Part shown: positions 1 to 11,715 of the stretch, piece by piece | Layout of the letters: every line of letters starts with the position of its first letter | How positions within the stretch are numbered: position 1 is the first letter of the stretch | Assembly: GCA_964016885.1 (NCBI GenBank) | Contig: OZ024741.1 | Coordinates: 30,504,001 to 30,568,000, forward strand | DNA length: 64,000 bases | From: Eledone cirrhosa | Taxonomy: Eukaryota | Reading direction: 5' to 3' | Program-made: the position numbers and the translations under genes | The notes under the pieces: generated by a model | Seen by the model: only the letters and a program-made list of their open reading frames with translations | Databases searched by the model: none | What the model was told of the DNA's origin: nothing

Positions 1-44
1 TGCGGTATGTCGACTGAGGCGACTTATCTTTTTAGGTGGCATTT

Positions 45-486
45 TATGTCCAAAAGAAAGGGTGAAAGTTACTTCTACAGAAAAATTGACTTTGAAAGTC
101 TGTCTGTTTATGAATATTGTTATTGCTGTTGTGATACAAATGTTAGTAAGTAAATGGGTATGGAATAATAAATTGTGAAAGTTACTTCAACATAAAAATT
201 GACTTTGAAAGTATAAGGCTGATAATTGAATGGAAAAAGATTGATAAGAAAGACCCCCCAAAAAAGTTTACAGGTATTTGTATGTATGTGTGTATTTTTA
301 TGTCGAAAAGAAAGGGTTAAAGTTATACAGAAAAAATTTAGTTTGAAAGTGTAAGGCCGATGTGTGTGTAAATTAAGTGACAGGTATTTGTATGTATGTA
401 TGTATGTGTGTATGAAAGTGTAAGGCCGATGTGTGTGTAAATTAAGTGATAGGTATTTGTATGTATGTGTATATGTATGTATTGTG

Positions 487-518
<32 letters not shown>

Positions 519-780
519 TGTATGTATGTATGTATGTATGTATGTATGTATGCATGTATGTATGTATGTATGTATGTATGTATTAAAGGTTGAAAGTTAC
601 TTCAACATAAACATTGACTTTGAAAGTTAAGGCTGATAATTGAATGTAAAAAGATTGATAAGAAAGGCGAAAAAAAAAATTTACAGGTATATGTATGTAT
701 GTGTGTATTTTTATGTCGAAAATAAACGGTTAAAGTTACTTATACAGAAAAATATAGTTTGAAAGTGTAAGGCCGATTGA
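45..780. repeat. Degenerate direct repeats interspersed with (GTAT)n
   Basis: 176-361 recurs at ~592-778 (gaaagttacttcaacataaa...gtgtaaggccgat); shorter copies at ~45-100 and ~413-470; (GTAT)n at ~490-580. Confidence 0.6.
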
Positions 781-1323
781 AAAACTTACAGTTTAGTAAA
801 TGAAAGTCAGCTTCGAAATGGAGCTAAAACAAACTGTGTATGCGTTGATTGATTGAAATTCCCGCGTTCCTGTTTCTATGACGTCAATCGTAACCATACC
901 AACATATATGTGTGTGTATGCACCCACATATATGTGTGTATATGTTTTTTTTCAATGTTTCTCTTTTTCACAAACACTTATAAGAGAAGGTAGCAATTTT
1001 TAGGGGAGGTGATGAAGGGAGTAGATATAGGAAACGTATATCATATGAGAGAGGAGAAATCATCGATTGTTGAAATAAATCGTTTTTCCGTAATTGTGGC
1101 ATTTTTTATCCAATAAGTTCGCCCATGACGCAAGTTAGAATATTTGTAAACATTCTGCTTATTTATTCATTCAATATTTTTGGAATTGTGTAAATGTATA
1201 AAATTGAAACATACATACAGACACAAAAATCTGCCTTTTATAGATAATGATATATATATATATATTACGACAGATTGTCAATGAAATAGTTTATGGATTT
1301 CGACATCTGCCCTACGCAGTTAT

Positions 1324-1373
<50 letters not shown>

Positions 1374-1578
1374 ATTATACTTGGGGAGGGTCATATTTGT
1401 GTAATATTGCCAGAATTAATAACAGAACACACTCACTGTTTAGTTGGTTTTCGCTTTTCGCTTCTGTGTCTTTTATATCGGTAATCTATTTTATTCGGTC
1501 CTCAATGTTGCCATTGACTGACCAACGGTCAAAAATAATACAGATTCAATATAGACACAAACACATATATATAGTTTA

Positions 1579-1620
1579 TCAAAGTTCTTTCGTTGTACAT
1601 CTGCAACATCGTCAGTGGTG
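1579..1620 (-). ncRNA. Minimal type I hammerhead ribozyme motif (family B)
   Basis: ca CUGACGA uGUUGca-gaug-uaCAAC GAAA g-aa-c UU ug; stem I short. Confidence 0.6.
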
Positions 1621-1899
1621 CTATTGTTTCCTCCCGTTACATTGTATGTCTACGCCATCTTTATTTAGTCTGTTTATATATTTATTTATTTATTTGTTTG
1701 TTTGTTTATTTTATTTTGTCTTCTTTGCGCATGCGTTTGCGTGTGTGTATAGTGTTTTGTTTGATGTGTGTTCGTGATTGGGTGACTGTGTATTGGTTAA
1801 TGTATTCTATGTTTACTAGTGCGTGTTTATATGTGTTTGTTGTTATTGTGCTTGTGTATGTATTTATTTATTTATTTATTTATCTATTTATTTATTTAT

Positions 1900-2663
1900 T
1901 TATACTTCTCTTAGGTCAGTGTTGTTTGTTTGGGTGTTGTTGTTATTCCATTCATCCTTTCTGTTTAGTCTTGGCCTTCTAAGTTCTATTTCACTGGCCT
2001 CTCTGATTTGCCTATCTGCTGGGTCATTTCTATGTTTAGATATTATTCTAATTTCTATGTTGTCTATGTTACCGTCGTGTTGTTGTCTAGCATGTTCGTA
2101 TAGTACTGACCCGGTTTTTCGTCCTTTTAGTCCCCCCCCCCAGTGTTGGTCTATCCTTTCACCTATGCTACGAGCTGTCTCGCCTATGTATGTTGTTGTC
2201 ATGTTTCTGTAAGTACCTTCTGTACATCTTATGCTATAGACTACGTTTCTAGTTTTACAGTTTATCCGGGGGTTTACCTTACATATGATACATTTCCTAT
2301 TAGTACAGTGGGTTTTTTCTTAAAAGGGTTGGTTTTGCTGATCAGGGATTTTATGGTGGTTCCTGGCTTTTCTACCGCCTTAATCTTTAAGTGGGTCTTT
2401 CTCAGGGACTTTCTACACTGGTTAGCTAATTTCCCTCCAGGGGTAGCATCCACAAACATGACACTCTGGTATCTCTGGTTGTCGTACCATGAGGTGGCTT
2501 TCCCTATCTTATGTCTAGCCCTATCTAAGCTATTCCATGATTTGCTCCTGTATAATGGGCAAATTCCTTTCATGTCCAGTTCTATGAAGGTCTTATACTT
2601 CTCCATGGCTCCTTCGTATACTCTGACTCTGTCTCTTTGGTTGTAGCCAGAGAACTGCATGCG
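1900..2663 (-). pseudogene. Mirror copy of the PLE GIY-YIG fragment (frameshifted)
   Basis: ORFs 2274-2699 and 1900-2202 (YIGETARSIGERIDQH) match 2899-3402. Confidence 0.85.
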
Positions 2664-2898
2664 GTTGATGAAGTGTTGGATGTGTCGGATGTGTCGCATG
2701 CAGTTCTCTGGCTACAACCAAAGAGACAGAGTCAGAGTATACGAAGGAGCCATGGAGAAGAATAAGACCCTCATAGAACTGCACATGAAAGGAATTTGAC
2801 CATTATACAGGAGCAAATCATGGAATAGCTTAGATAGGGCTAGACATAAGATAGGAAAAGCCATCTCATGGTACGACAACAAGAGATACCAGAGTGTC

Positions 2899-3402
2899 AT
2901 GTTTGTGGACGCTACCCCTGGAGGGAAATTAGCTAACCAGTGTAGAAAGGCCCAGAGAAAGACCCACGTAAAGGTTAAGGTGGTAGAAAAGCCAGGAACC
3001 ACTATAAAATCCTTGATCAGCAAAACCTACCCTTTTAAGAAAACCCACTGTACTAATAGGAAATGTATCATATGTAAGGTAAACCCCCGGATAAACTGTA
3101 AAACTAGAAAAGTAGTATATAGCATAAGATGTACAGAGGGTACTTGCAGAAACATGACAACAACATACATAGGCGAGACAGCTCGTAGCATAGGTGAAAG
3201 GATAGACCAATACTGGGGGGAACTAAAAGGACGAAAAAACGGGTCAGTACTATACGAACATGCTAGACAACAAAACGACGGTAACATAGACAACATAGAA
3301 ATTAGAATAATATCTAAACATAGAAATGACCCAGCAGATAGGCAAATCAGAGAGGTCAGTGAAATAGAACTTAGAAGGCCAAGACTAAACAGAAAGAATT
3401 AA
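2899..3402 (+). pseudogene. PLE C-terminal GIY-YIG endonuclease fragment
   Basis: CIICK...NCKTRKVVYSIRC...YIGETARSIGERI...H...RQIRE...LN; 5'-truncated, no RT core. Confidence 0.85.
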
Positions 3403-3732
3403 TGGAATAACAACAACACCCAAACAAACAACACTGACCTAAGAGAAGTATAAATAAATAAATAAATAAATAGATAAATAAATAAATAAATACATACAGA
3501 AGCACAATAACAACAAACACATATAAACACACACTAGTAAACATAGAATATATTAACCAATACACAGTCACCCAATCACGAACAAACATCAAACAAAACA
3601 CTATACACACACGCAAACGCATGCGCAAGGAAGACAAAATAAAATAAACAAACAAACAAATAAATAAATAAATATATAAACAGACTAAATAAAGATGGCG
3701 TAGACATACAATGTAACGGGAGGAAACAATAG

Positions 3733-3775
3733 CACCACTGACGGTGTTGCAGATGTGCAACGAAAGAACTTTGAT
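3733..3775 (+). ncRNA. Hammerhead motif (family B, core CUGACGG, A9G)
   Basis: Mirror of 1579-1620; stem II GUUGCA/UGCAAC, GAAAgaacUU. Confidence 0.5.
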
Positions 3776-4027
3776 AAACTATATATATGTGTTTGTGTCT
3801 ATATTGAATCTGTATTATTTTTGACCGTTGGTCAGTCAATGGCAACATTGAGGACCGAATAAATTAGATTACCGATATAAAAGACACAGAAGCTAAAAGC
3901 GAAAACCAACCAACCAAACAGTGAGTGTGTTCTGTTATTAATTCTGGCACATTACACAAATATGACCCTCCCCAAGTATAACAATATTTGTTTCGACACA
4001 CGATTTCATATAAAAAACCTCGCAAAA

Positions 4028-4099
<72 letters not shown>

Positions 4100-4105
<6 letters not shown>

Positions 4106-4753
4106 GGGAAGTTAGGTTCTATACAAAACAGTGGGTATAAAGAAAAGCACGGAAAGTTGGAAATAGCACGGAAAATATATTTAAGTATCTGTTTTTCATT
4201 TTTTATCCTTTCTTTGATTCGTCAAAGTGACATTATTGAAAAACTGAGTGGGATAATTCTTGTGAACTAATTGTAAGCTAGAGGTTACAATTCCCCACCC
4301 CCTTTTGAATTCTTGACCAGTCAATTAACACAATCAGATATACACACACATATTTACAGTATGTTTCCAAAAAAACAACTTTGTTTATGCAGAAACACAG
4401 CTGCTGCTATCTTCACTACCACTCTCTTAACAAGCCAACTTTTGTGCAAGATAACTTACTCTAACATTTGATTTTAATTTCAAATCTTTAATTTTTAGTT
4501 TTAACTTCTATTAATTCTTTAAAATCTTTTATTTCAATACTCAACATTTGATAAGATGAATTTTAATTAAATTAAACAGGGACACTTTATATACTTTATA
4601 TACATCATAAAACTTTTAAAAAAAAAGAGTTGTCCCTCTCATTTTTTCAATAATGTTATCCTTCCAATAATGTCACTTTGAGGAATCCAAAAAGGGAGAA
4701 AAAAAGAAAAAGAGACCCTTAATATATTTTCCATGGTATTTCCAAATTCACGT

Positions 4754-4755
<2 letters not shown>
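4100..4755. mobile_element. Old, diverged inverted-repeat element between (TA)n tracts
   Basis: ~4155-4255 is a diverged reverse complement of ~4630-4750 (caaagtgacattattg / caataatgtcactttg). Confidence 0.55.
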
Positions 4756-4817
<62 letters not shown>

Positions 4818-5389
4818 AATGAATATATAAGGGATGAAAACCTATACATGTGTTCGAATCGCAAATGACCAAGTTAGCTAGGTTGAAAATAGTAATTTAA
4901 CATAATATGGTTTGCCTGTCTCGATTTAAAATAATAAATCAATAAAAATAATAAACCTATATTGGCAATGGCCGTGATACCCGGACAAATTCTAAATTTG
5001 TTTCGCAACAATTAAGTGAAAGTTACTATTCCTGTGCTCTTCTGCGGGTAACCAGGAAAATTCGTATCATTCACTTCAAAATACTTAAGAAGACTGACAA
5101 ATACGTGTTGTTGAACGCACATATGTCCCAGCGCATAACACGTCCCATAGCTGTGCCGCTAAAAATAGCAGGTGGTTTTATTGGACTAAAATTAGCTCAA
5201 CGTATGGAACCGTGAATATCAAATATTGAGTTATAAACTCGAAATAGTCTTTTACATGGAGACACAAAGCAAACTTTGTTTAGAAACGGCTGGCGAGTTT
5301 GAAAATTACGTAGTAACATGTCCTGACGCCGTATTAGTCAGTTAGTTGGGATTTAAAAATACCCTCGGAATGGAGAAAAGGATAAGTAT

Positions 5390-5460
5390 TATCGTACATA
5401 GAACACGAACCCACATCTTTGGTTTGCCGAACCAATGTGTTGCCATTACACCAACTCGCC
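5390..5460 (-). pseudogene. tRNA-like sequence (pseudo-tRNA or SINE head), anticodon GGC
   Basis: D arm gtgt-aatggca-acac, anticodon arm ttggt-tcGGCaa-accaa, T arm gtggg-ttcgtgt; acceptor stem does not pair. Confidence 0.5.
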
Positions 5461-5565
5461 ACCCATTCAATGTAACCATTCAGATTTTTTTTAAATCCTA
5501 ACTAACAGATTGACTATATTTAGTCAAATATGGCGTATGCACATGTTACTATATATATATATATA

Positions 5566-5766
5566 TAGGAAAAGAGTCAGGACCCCGACGGCCGAGCTCA
5601 AGCCATTTAGACGTCTATTTCTGGACTCTAGAAATAGCCGTCGAAACGACTTGAGCTCTGCCGTCGGGGTTCTGACTATTTTCCTATTACCTACTCTACT
5701 ACCCAAAGTATCGAGTAATCTGGTGCGTTATGGTCCACCTGGTTCCTTCCCACACTGCCTTCGTTA
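5566..5766. mobile_element. Family A mini fold-back (pLTR end plus tail)
   Basis: Palindrome 5566-5686 centred ~5626, ~80-bp tail 5687-5766, flanked by TA repeats; homologous to 17927, 30238, 30358, 42981 and 59526. Confidence 0.85.
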
Positions 5767-5772
5767 TATATA

Positions 5773-6453
5773 CTAGCAGAAAAATCACCCTTCGGGTGGT
5801 TTTCTGCTGGCATGTGTAGTCTGTATATTGATATTATACGCAGGTATATATATATATATGTTGATATGATACATCAAATAAAATCGTAATTGACAATATA
5901 TAATACATAGAAATTGAACGAAGACTGCGTTACACTGTCTTATGTAATCAGTAACGTAATCCATGATACATTAAAAAAGACGATATTATATATAAACTGC
6001 ATTAGGAGAAAATTAGTGACGGAAAATTAGTATGTTTATTTAAGCGATCCGGAAGTGTTGACATTTCAGAAATTTTAAAGAAGTCATTCTTTAAATAAAC
6101 AAAATATATTTAATGAACAGCCACAAAATTTAGTAGATAAATTATGTAATATTCATTCATTATTTATTCAAAGAAGGGCGGGGGATTGGCAGTATTGGTA
6201 GAGGGTCGGACGCCATATTTGACGTATAGAGTTACGACCCTTGCCATTCTGAGTTCAAATTCCGCCGAGGTTAACTTTGCCTTTCATCCTTACGGGGTCG
6301 ATAAAATAAAGTACCAGTAATGCACTGGGTAATTGCTGGCCTTGTGCCAAACGTAGAAACAATTATCTATTCAAAGTAATCCAACTTATTTTACAAACGG
6401 GATAAAAAAAAAACCGTACGCAAACCCGCAGACTTCTTTTATTATAGTTTATA
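5773..6453 (-). mobile_element. Non-autonomous Helitron interrupted by a SINE
   Basis: 3' end has hairpin cacccgaagggtg, then 9 nt, then CTAG|T; 5' end taaactataataaa; homologous to 39062-39516. Confidence 0.7.
6174..6366 (+). mobile_element. tRNA-derived SINE (family 1, MetaSINE-like central domain)
   Basis: A box tggcagtattgg, B box gagttcaaattc, core gcctttcatcc..ggggtcgataaaataaagtaccag; ~15-bp TSD attat(t/c)tattcaaag at 6159-6173 and 6362-6376. Confidence 0.85.
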
Positions 6454-7089
6454 TATATATATATATATATAAATTTATTTAAAAGTCTTTAAAGTAAACT
6501 ATCTCTAATACGTAGGTCTTTCAATGAAAGGACAAGATATATGACTAAATAAATAAACTAATTATCTACTTAAAAACCCATTCTGGAATACCGACTACAG
6601 ACGTCCTTGGAACAATAAAAACACCTGCAAGTCAAATATGTGAAGGCAGAAGGAGTCTAGTTTAAAGGAGATTAGCAATTTACTCCACAAAGTACGTCAT
6701 TGTTTCCAGCCTAATACTGGAAACAGTTTTGACAGACTTGGTAGAGACACAAATATAATACTCTTATTTTTCTACAATACGAGAAACTCAGACGAAAAAT
6801 TCGATATGTGTAGTTACTAAATTTTTCGTATGAATAACTATTAATATTTTTTTAAATTAGCGTGATTTAAATCTTTATTTTCCCGAGTTAAATCATTTTA
6901 TTCTATTTCCTAAACCTATCAACGAAACTAAATGTTTGATAGGAAAATACTCCCGACAAACTACTCAATATTGTAGAGAAAAAAAAGAAACATGGACAAT
7001 AAATCTATTTAAATATTTGTGATATTATTCATTGAAATATATTAATAAACAATGGACTCTACATTAATAGTCATTAAACAAAATATGCA

Positions 7090-7138
<49 letters not shown>

Positions 7139-7214
7139 TGACTGTTAACGTTACATGAAATATTCATAAATCACTTTGAAACTCATTTAAAACTCACTTT
7201 AAATAAGAACAACT

Positions 7215-7255
7215 TCTACCTCCACCACTACCAACAACAACACCGCCGCCACCAT

Positions 7256-7286
<31 letters not shown>

Positions 7287-7445
7287 GCTGCTGTTGCTGC
7301 TACTACTACTACTACTACTACTACTACAGAGAAATGGCTGAATTATTCTAGTGCTACCGTCATATTTCAGTTTTCAACGTCTACTAGCAGCAGCCCAGCA
7401 GCAGCAACAACAACAACAACATCAAGAGCAACAGCAGCAGCATGA
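7215..7445. repeat. Trinucleotide microsatellites (CTA/CTG/CAG/CAA)n
   Basis: Directly visible. Confidence 0.9.
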
Positions 7446-7924
7446 GCGTCAGTTGCCGGAACTTAACATGACACTATTGGCAATAAATTGTTATTTTCAC
7501 GATACCCCAGTGGTCGATGGAAATATCAATTTAGATGACGCTATTAATTATTGTATATTGAAAAATGCTAATTACATTTGCATAGCAAAATAGTAATTGT
7601 TTCATATTAAAATCCTGACGTCTGAGATTTGTAAAAGCAGTCGTGAAAGAAAACAGATGAATTGGAAGTTATGGTAAAGTTCATGCGTATTACAGTTTAA
7701 TAAATTATATTAACAAGTAGAATGAAGCAAACTGGACAGTAAAGCAAAGTAGAGACCAACATTATTAGTTCCCACAACCACTGAAAGCTTCAGGTATCTT
7801 TCTAAAATTACATAAATAATAATTGTCTTTTCTGACAATTAGGGACCAATTCAAATGGAAAAGGACAGTGGGAATTTATGAAATTAATCTTGTAAACGAA
7901 ATCCAAAAGAACTTCTAACTAAAT

Positions 7925-8390
7925 AATAATCAATTAAAAAACAACATAATTCCCCAATAGGAGTAGGGGTCGCAATATCCAGGGTTAATTTAGGAACCCC
8001 ACAGATCAGGAACCACCTTAATGCCTGGCTCCTCTTTGAACTCTACGGCCTAAGGCGACTGCTCAGGATATTCACTCGATCCATCTTCGCTACATTCACC
8101 CACTTTTTAATAAATGTACCGGAGGGCAGTCACTTCCCCCTCCATCTCAGCCTCTTATCCAAGTTGAACATGAAACAGTTGATGAGGATTTGAGCGAAAT
8201 GGAATGTGTCTGTCTTCAGTGATTTCACGGACATCCAGCACACAATCTCTTTCGTTATAGCCACAAGACAAAGGAAATCTACTTGCCATTCATGGTCATA
8301 AGAAGGTGGTGTGGCAAATTTCACGATGGGGTCGGCCAGTAGCTGATTTGTCCTACACACGGTAATAGCTGTTCGACTGAATTCCAGAAG
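7925..8390 (-). mobile_element. Decayed 3' fragment of the Tx1-like LINE
   Basis: FLCLVAITKEIVCW...LKTDTF...LINCFMFNLDKRL aligns with the ORF2 C-terminus at ~11760-11960. Confidence 0.8.
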
Positions 8391-8443
8391 TCAGTAAAAC
8401 CCTAACCATGGATGTGTACGTGTAAAACAATTTCGCGTTATTC

Positions 8444-8687
8444 GCGAATCTCGCTCAGCTCTGCCAGGCCGCACTTCTGTGAATCTCCCCCAGCTCCGCC
8501 AGGCCGCACTTCTGTGAATCTCGCCCAGCTCCACCTTGCCGCACTTCTGTGAATCGCGCCCAGCTCCGCCTGGTCGCACTTCTGTGAATTTCACCCAGCC
8601 CCGCTGGTCGCACTTCTCTGATTCTCGCCCAGCTCTGCCTGGCCGCACATCTCTGAACCTCGCCCAGCTCTGCATGGCTGCACTTAT
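8444..8687. repeat. GC-rich minisatellite, 7 x 35 bp
   Basis: Unit gtgaatctcgcccagctccgccaggccgcacttct at 8444, 8479, 8514, 8549, 8584, 8618 and 8653. Confidence 0.9.
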
Positions 8688-8997
8688 GTGTTGATATTAT
8701 TCGTCTCGAACCTCTGGACATTTCCCATCTAACTACCGATGACAGACGCCAATATATTCGCACCAGTTTTTAGTAGGTTTACATGCTAGGCTGATGGTGG
8801 TCTTTAGCAAACTCCACTACTTGTTGAGAATTTTGGCACATCACGTTTACATAATTTCCTAGTCTGGTCTCTGAAATAGTTCTGCCCTGGGAAGAAGAGG
8901 GCTTTCAGGTTCCAGTAACTAGGCCATACTCTATTTAATCGACTTTCCCCTCCCCGCCAAATTACTGACCTTGTGCCTAATGTAGAAATCATTATTG

Positions 8998-9190
8998 TTG
9001 TCGGACACCATGCTTTGTGACATAGCGTTACGTCCCTTTACATTCTGAGTTCAAATCCCGCTGTGGCTAGCTTTGCCTTTCATCTTTGCGGGGTCGATAA
9101 AACAAAGTACCAGTAACACATTGGTGTCGATTTACTCAACTTCCACCCCAAAATTGCTAGCCTTTTGCCTGAAGCAGAAACCATTATTGT
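8998..9190 (+). mobile_element. SINE family 1, 5'-truncated
   Basis: gagttcaaatcccg...gcctttcatc..ggggtcgataaaac.aagtaccag...agaaaccattatt. Confidence 0.8.
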
Positions 9191-9714
9191 TGTCATGCTT
9201 GATATATAAATCTCAGCCTGTACTACTTACTCTAAAAGTTACCTGCATAGGATCCCTAAATTTGCCTCCATTTTCTCTCAAGCCACTCGCTATACTTATT
9301 GAAGTAAGATAATTTAACAACTTTGAAATGGCACTAATATTTGCTGCACAATACCTTTCTTCTTGAATGAGGCCTGCCATGTCATAAACTCAAATACTAA
9401 ACGAAATTCGATTTTTTTTATTGAAACATTCAATGGAAATGGCCATAGTAAAATATTTAGACCAACGAAATGTACTCTGATCGGTAAGATATCTCCGGTC
9501 TTACTTTAATTAAAATAGAGTTGGAAATATAGAAGATCAGGAAATGTCAGTAATATGTTTATGTTGTTTTAAACAATTTAGTATTACCGTCATTCAATTT
9601 ATTAATGAACTATTCGTTATTTAGATATGCATTATATACGAGTTTAGCTTTCTAGGACGGCCACTTTGTTGCTGCTTATATCGTACTTCACGTCAGCCAG
9701 ATCATCAATTTTTA

Positions 9715-9931
9715 TATCGAGGATCAGCTGAAACATTCATACCCTGAACAGTTCATAAGCTGACCAAGGTACATTCAAATGACAAATGCGGTTTATGTTC
9801 CAACATAATCCCGAGAAAGAAGCAATGCAGTTATTAATAAGAAGAGCGGAAATTAATGCTTGCAATATCTCACAACTCTAGTTTGAATCCTTCATAGTCA
9901 ACCTATGAACTTTCCACCCGACCCTCATATA
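9715..9931. mobile_element. Tc1/mariner-like MITE
   Basis: Degenerate TIRs TA.cgaggatcagctgaaa..ttcat..aagctgac / gtcaacctatgaactttccacccgaccctcaTA with TA at both ends. Confidence 0.5.
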
Positions 9932-10979
9932 TCTGGAGTTATTTATACAATATACCATTTCCTTTATTAAAATGATAGGCACTTCTTTGAGGTATATGGA
10001 ACTACTATTCTATCCTGGTTTGCCAAAAGTGTAGAAATATACTCATTGATACTAACATTTTCTTATTTTTTTGTATACACAATGAAGTGATAGTGCGTAG
10101 AATGTTTAAAGAAACAAATTAATAGATTTGGGGGTATTTAACCTATACGGCGTGTGTCCTTATTTGAAATCTGAAAGTGTTTGACTCAGGGGTTCACCCG
10201 ATTGATATCGCTGAAATATATGCCGGATCGCTGAAATATATGGCAGTCAAATAGTGGGGTTTCGATTAATTCAGAGAAAATGTCCAAGGTTGCAATTCCA
10301 AATAGATTGAACGGGGATATTATGGCAACCATAGGCAATCGAGGATGATTTTATATCATATACCCTCCTTTCACTAATAGTTTTAGGTATCATTGTAGTG
10401 TCGAGCAGATTTCACAATGAACACTCCCATTCTTCACAAAACAGAATATCCATGATGTTATAGATATATAGAGAGGTTTTCACGCTTCTCGACTGATACG
10501 TCATTGTCGATCGCAAAGTAGAGAGAGAGAGAGAGAGGAGGGAGATATATAGATAGATAGATAGATATAGAAAGAGAGTGAGAGAGAGAGACACACAAAC
10601 AAAACATTTCATATAATACGTTTTGTACTGAATTTATGGGCCATAGTTCGCCAATAAAGAGATGGAGTGTTTAGGGTTTATCTCTGCCATCTATAATTTA
10701 CGGAATGAAAAAAAGATAATTAAAGGTGTATTACCAAAAGGATTTACGATACCTGATTTAACAATAAAAAAGTGAATGCTTAGTAAATAAATAAATAAAT
10801 ATATAAATATAGTGATTTAACAGAATGCACTTCAAAGACTCGTGTTTTTAAGTTGGTATCAATGGATGAGGTAAATACATTTAACAGGTTTTACTTTTGA
10901 AAATGAAAGTAAAATACATAAAAACGCACATATATATGATATATATATTATATATTATGTATTTATATATGCATATAAT

Positions 10980-11085
<106 letters not shown>

Positions 11086-11142
11086 TACATATACACACAC
11101 ATATATATATATATATGTATGTATATATATATATATATATAA

Positions 11143-11191
<49 letters not shown>

Positions 11192-11715
11192 AATACATAT
11201 ATATATATATGTATGTATATATATATATGTGTGTGTGTGTATCTGTGTGCGCGTGTGTGTGTATGTATATATATATATACATTACCCCATATCAAAATAC
11301 ACACATCTACTTGAAGAAGATACAGCACATAAAAAAGTAATGTCGAAATAAAGCATACAGATTTCAATGAATCGATAACATTAAAATATTTCAAAATACA
11401 ATTATAATAACAACAACAATAACAATAGTATCAGTAACAACAATAATAATAATAATGATTTCATTTATTGGCCACAAGGGCCGACATATAGGGGACAACA
11501 CAATAGACAGGGACAGTGGGGGTTTACATAGAGATCGAGTAAGTATAAATAACAAAAAAACAAAAACAAAATAACAATAAAAATACAACAATGAAAGTTC
11601 CCCAATAAGAGGGATCACCACCCAGGGTTGACTCAAGCACCCCACCAGTCCTGAGCCACCCGACGCTCCTAGGGCACCCGGGAAGGGCACCCCTCTCCTT
11701 CTCGAATTCACCAGC

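Larger units (their letters stand above)
1371..4030. mobile_element. Penelope-like element 3' end folded back into a 2.6-kb palindrome (family B)
   Basis: Arm 1371-2663 is the reverse complement of 2695-3985 (31-bp spacer); extra tail 3986-4030; (TA)n on both sides; each arm encodes a GIY-YIG C-terminus and carries an HHR motif. Confidence 0.9.

Noticed and set aside
2797-2799. In-frame TGA at a Cys position as selenocysteine recoding
   Set aside because: The mirror arm has TGC; a single substitution in a decaying copy is simpler, and no SECIS was identified.
5390-5460. Functional tRNA-Ala gene
   Set aside because: Acceptor stem unpaired and T-loop degenerate.
7351-7593. PolyQ ORF as a host exon
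   Set aside because: Explained by CAG/CAA microsatellite; no recognisable domain or partner exons. It cannot be fully excluded without RNA-seq.
8444-8687. 35-bp repeats as a CRISPR array
   Set aside because: Head-to-tail with no spacers, no cas genes, and a eukaryotic context.
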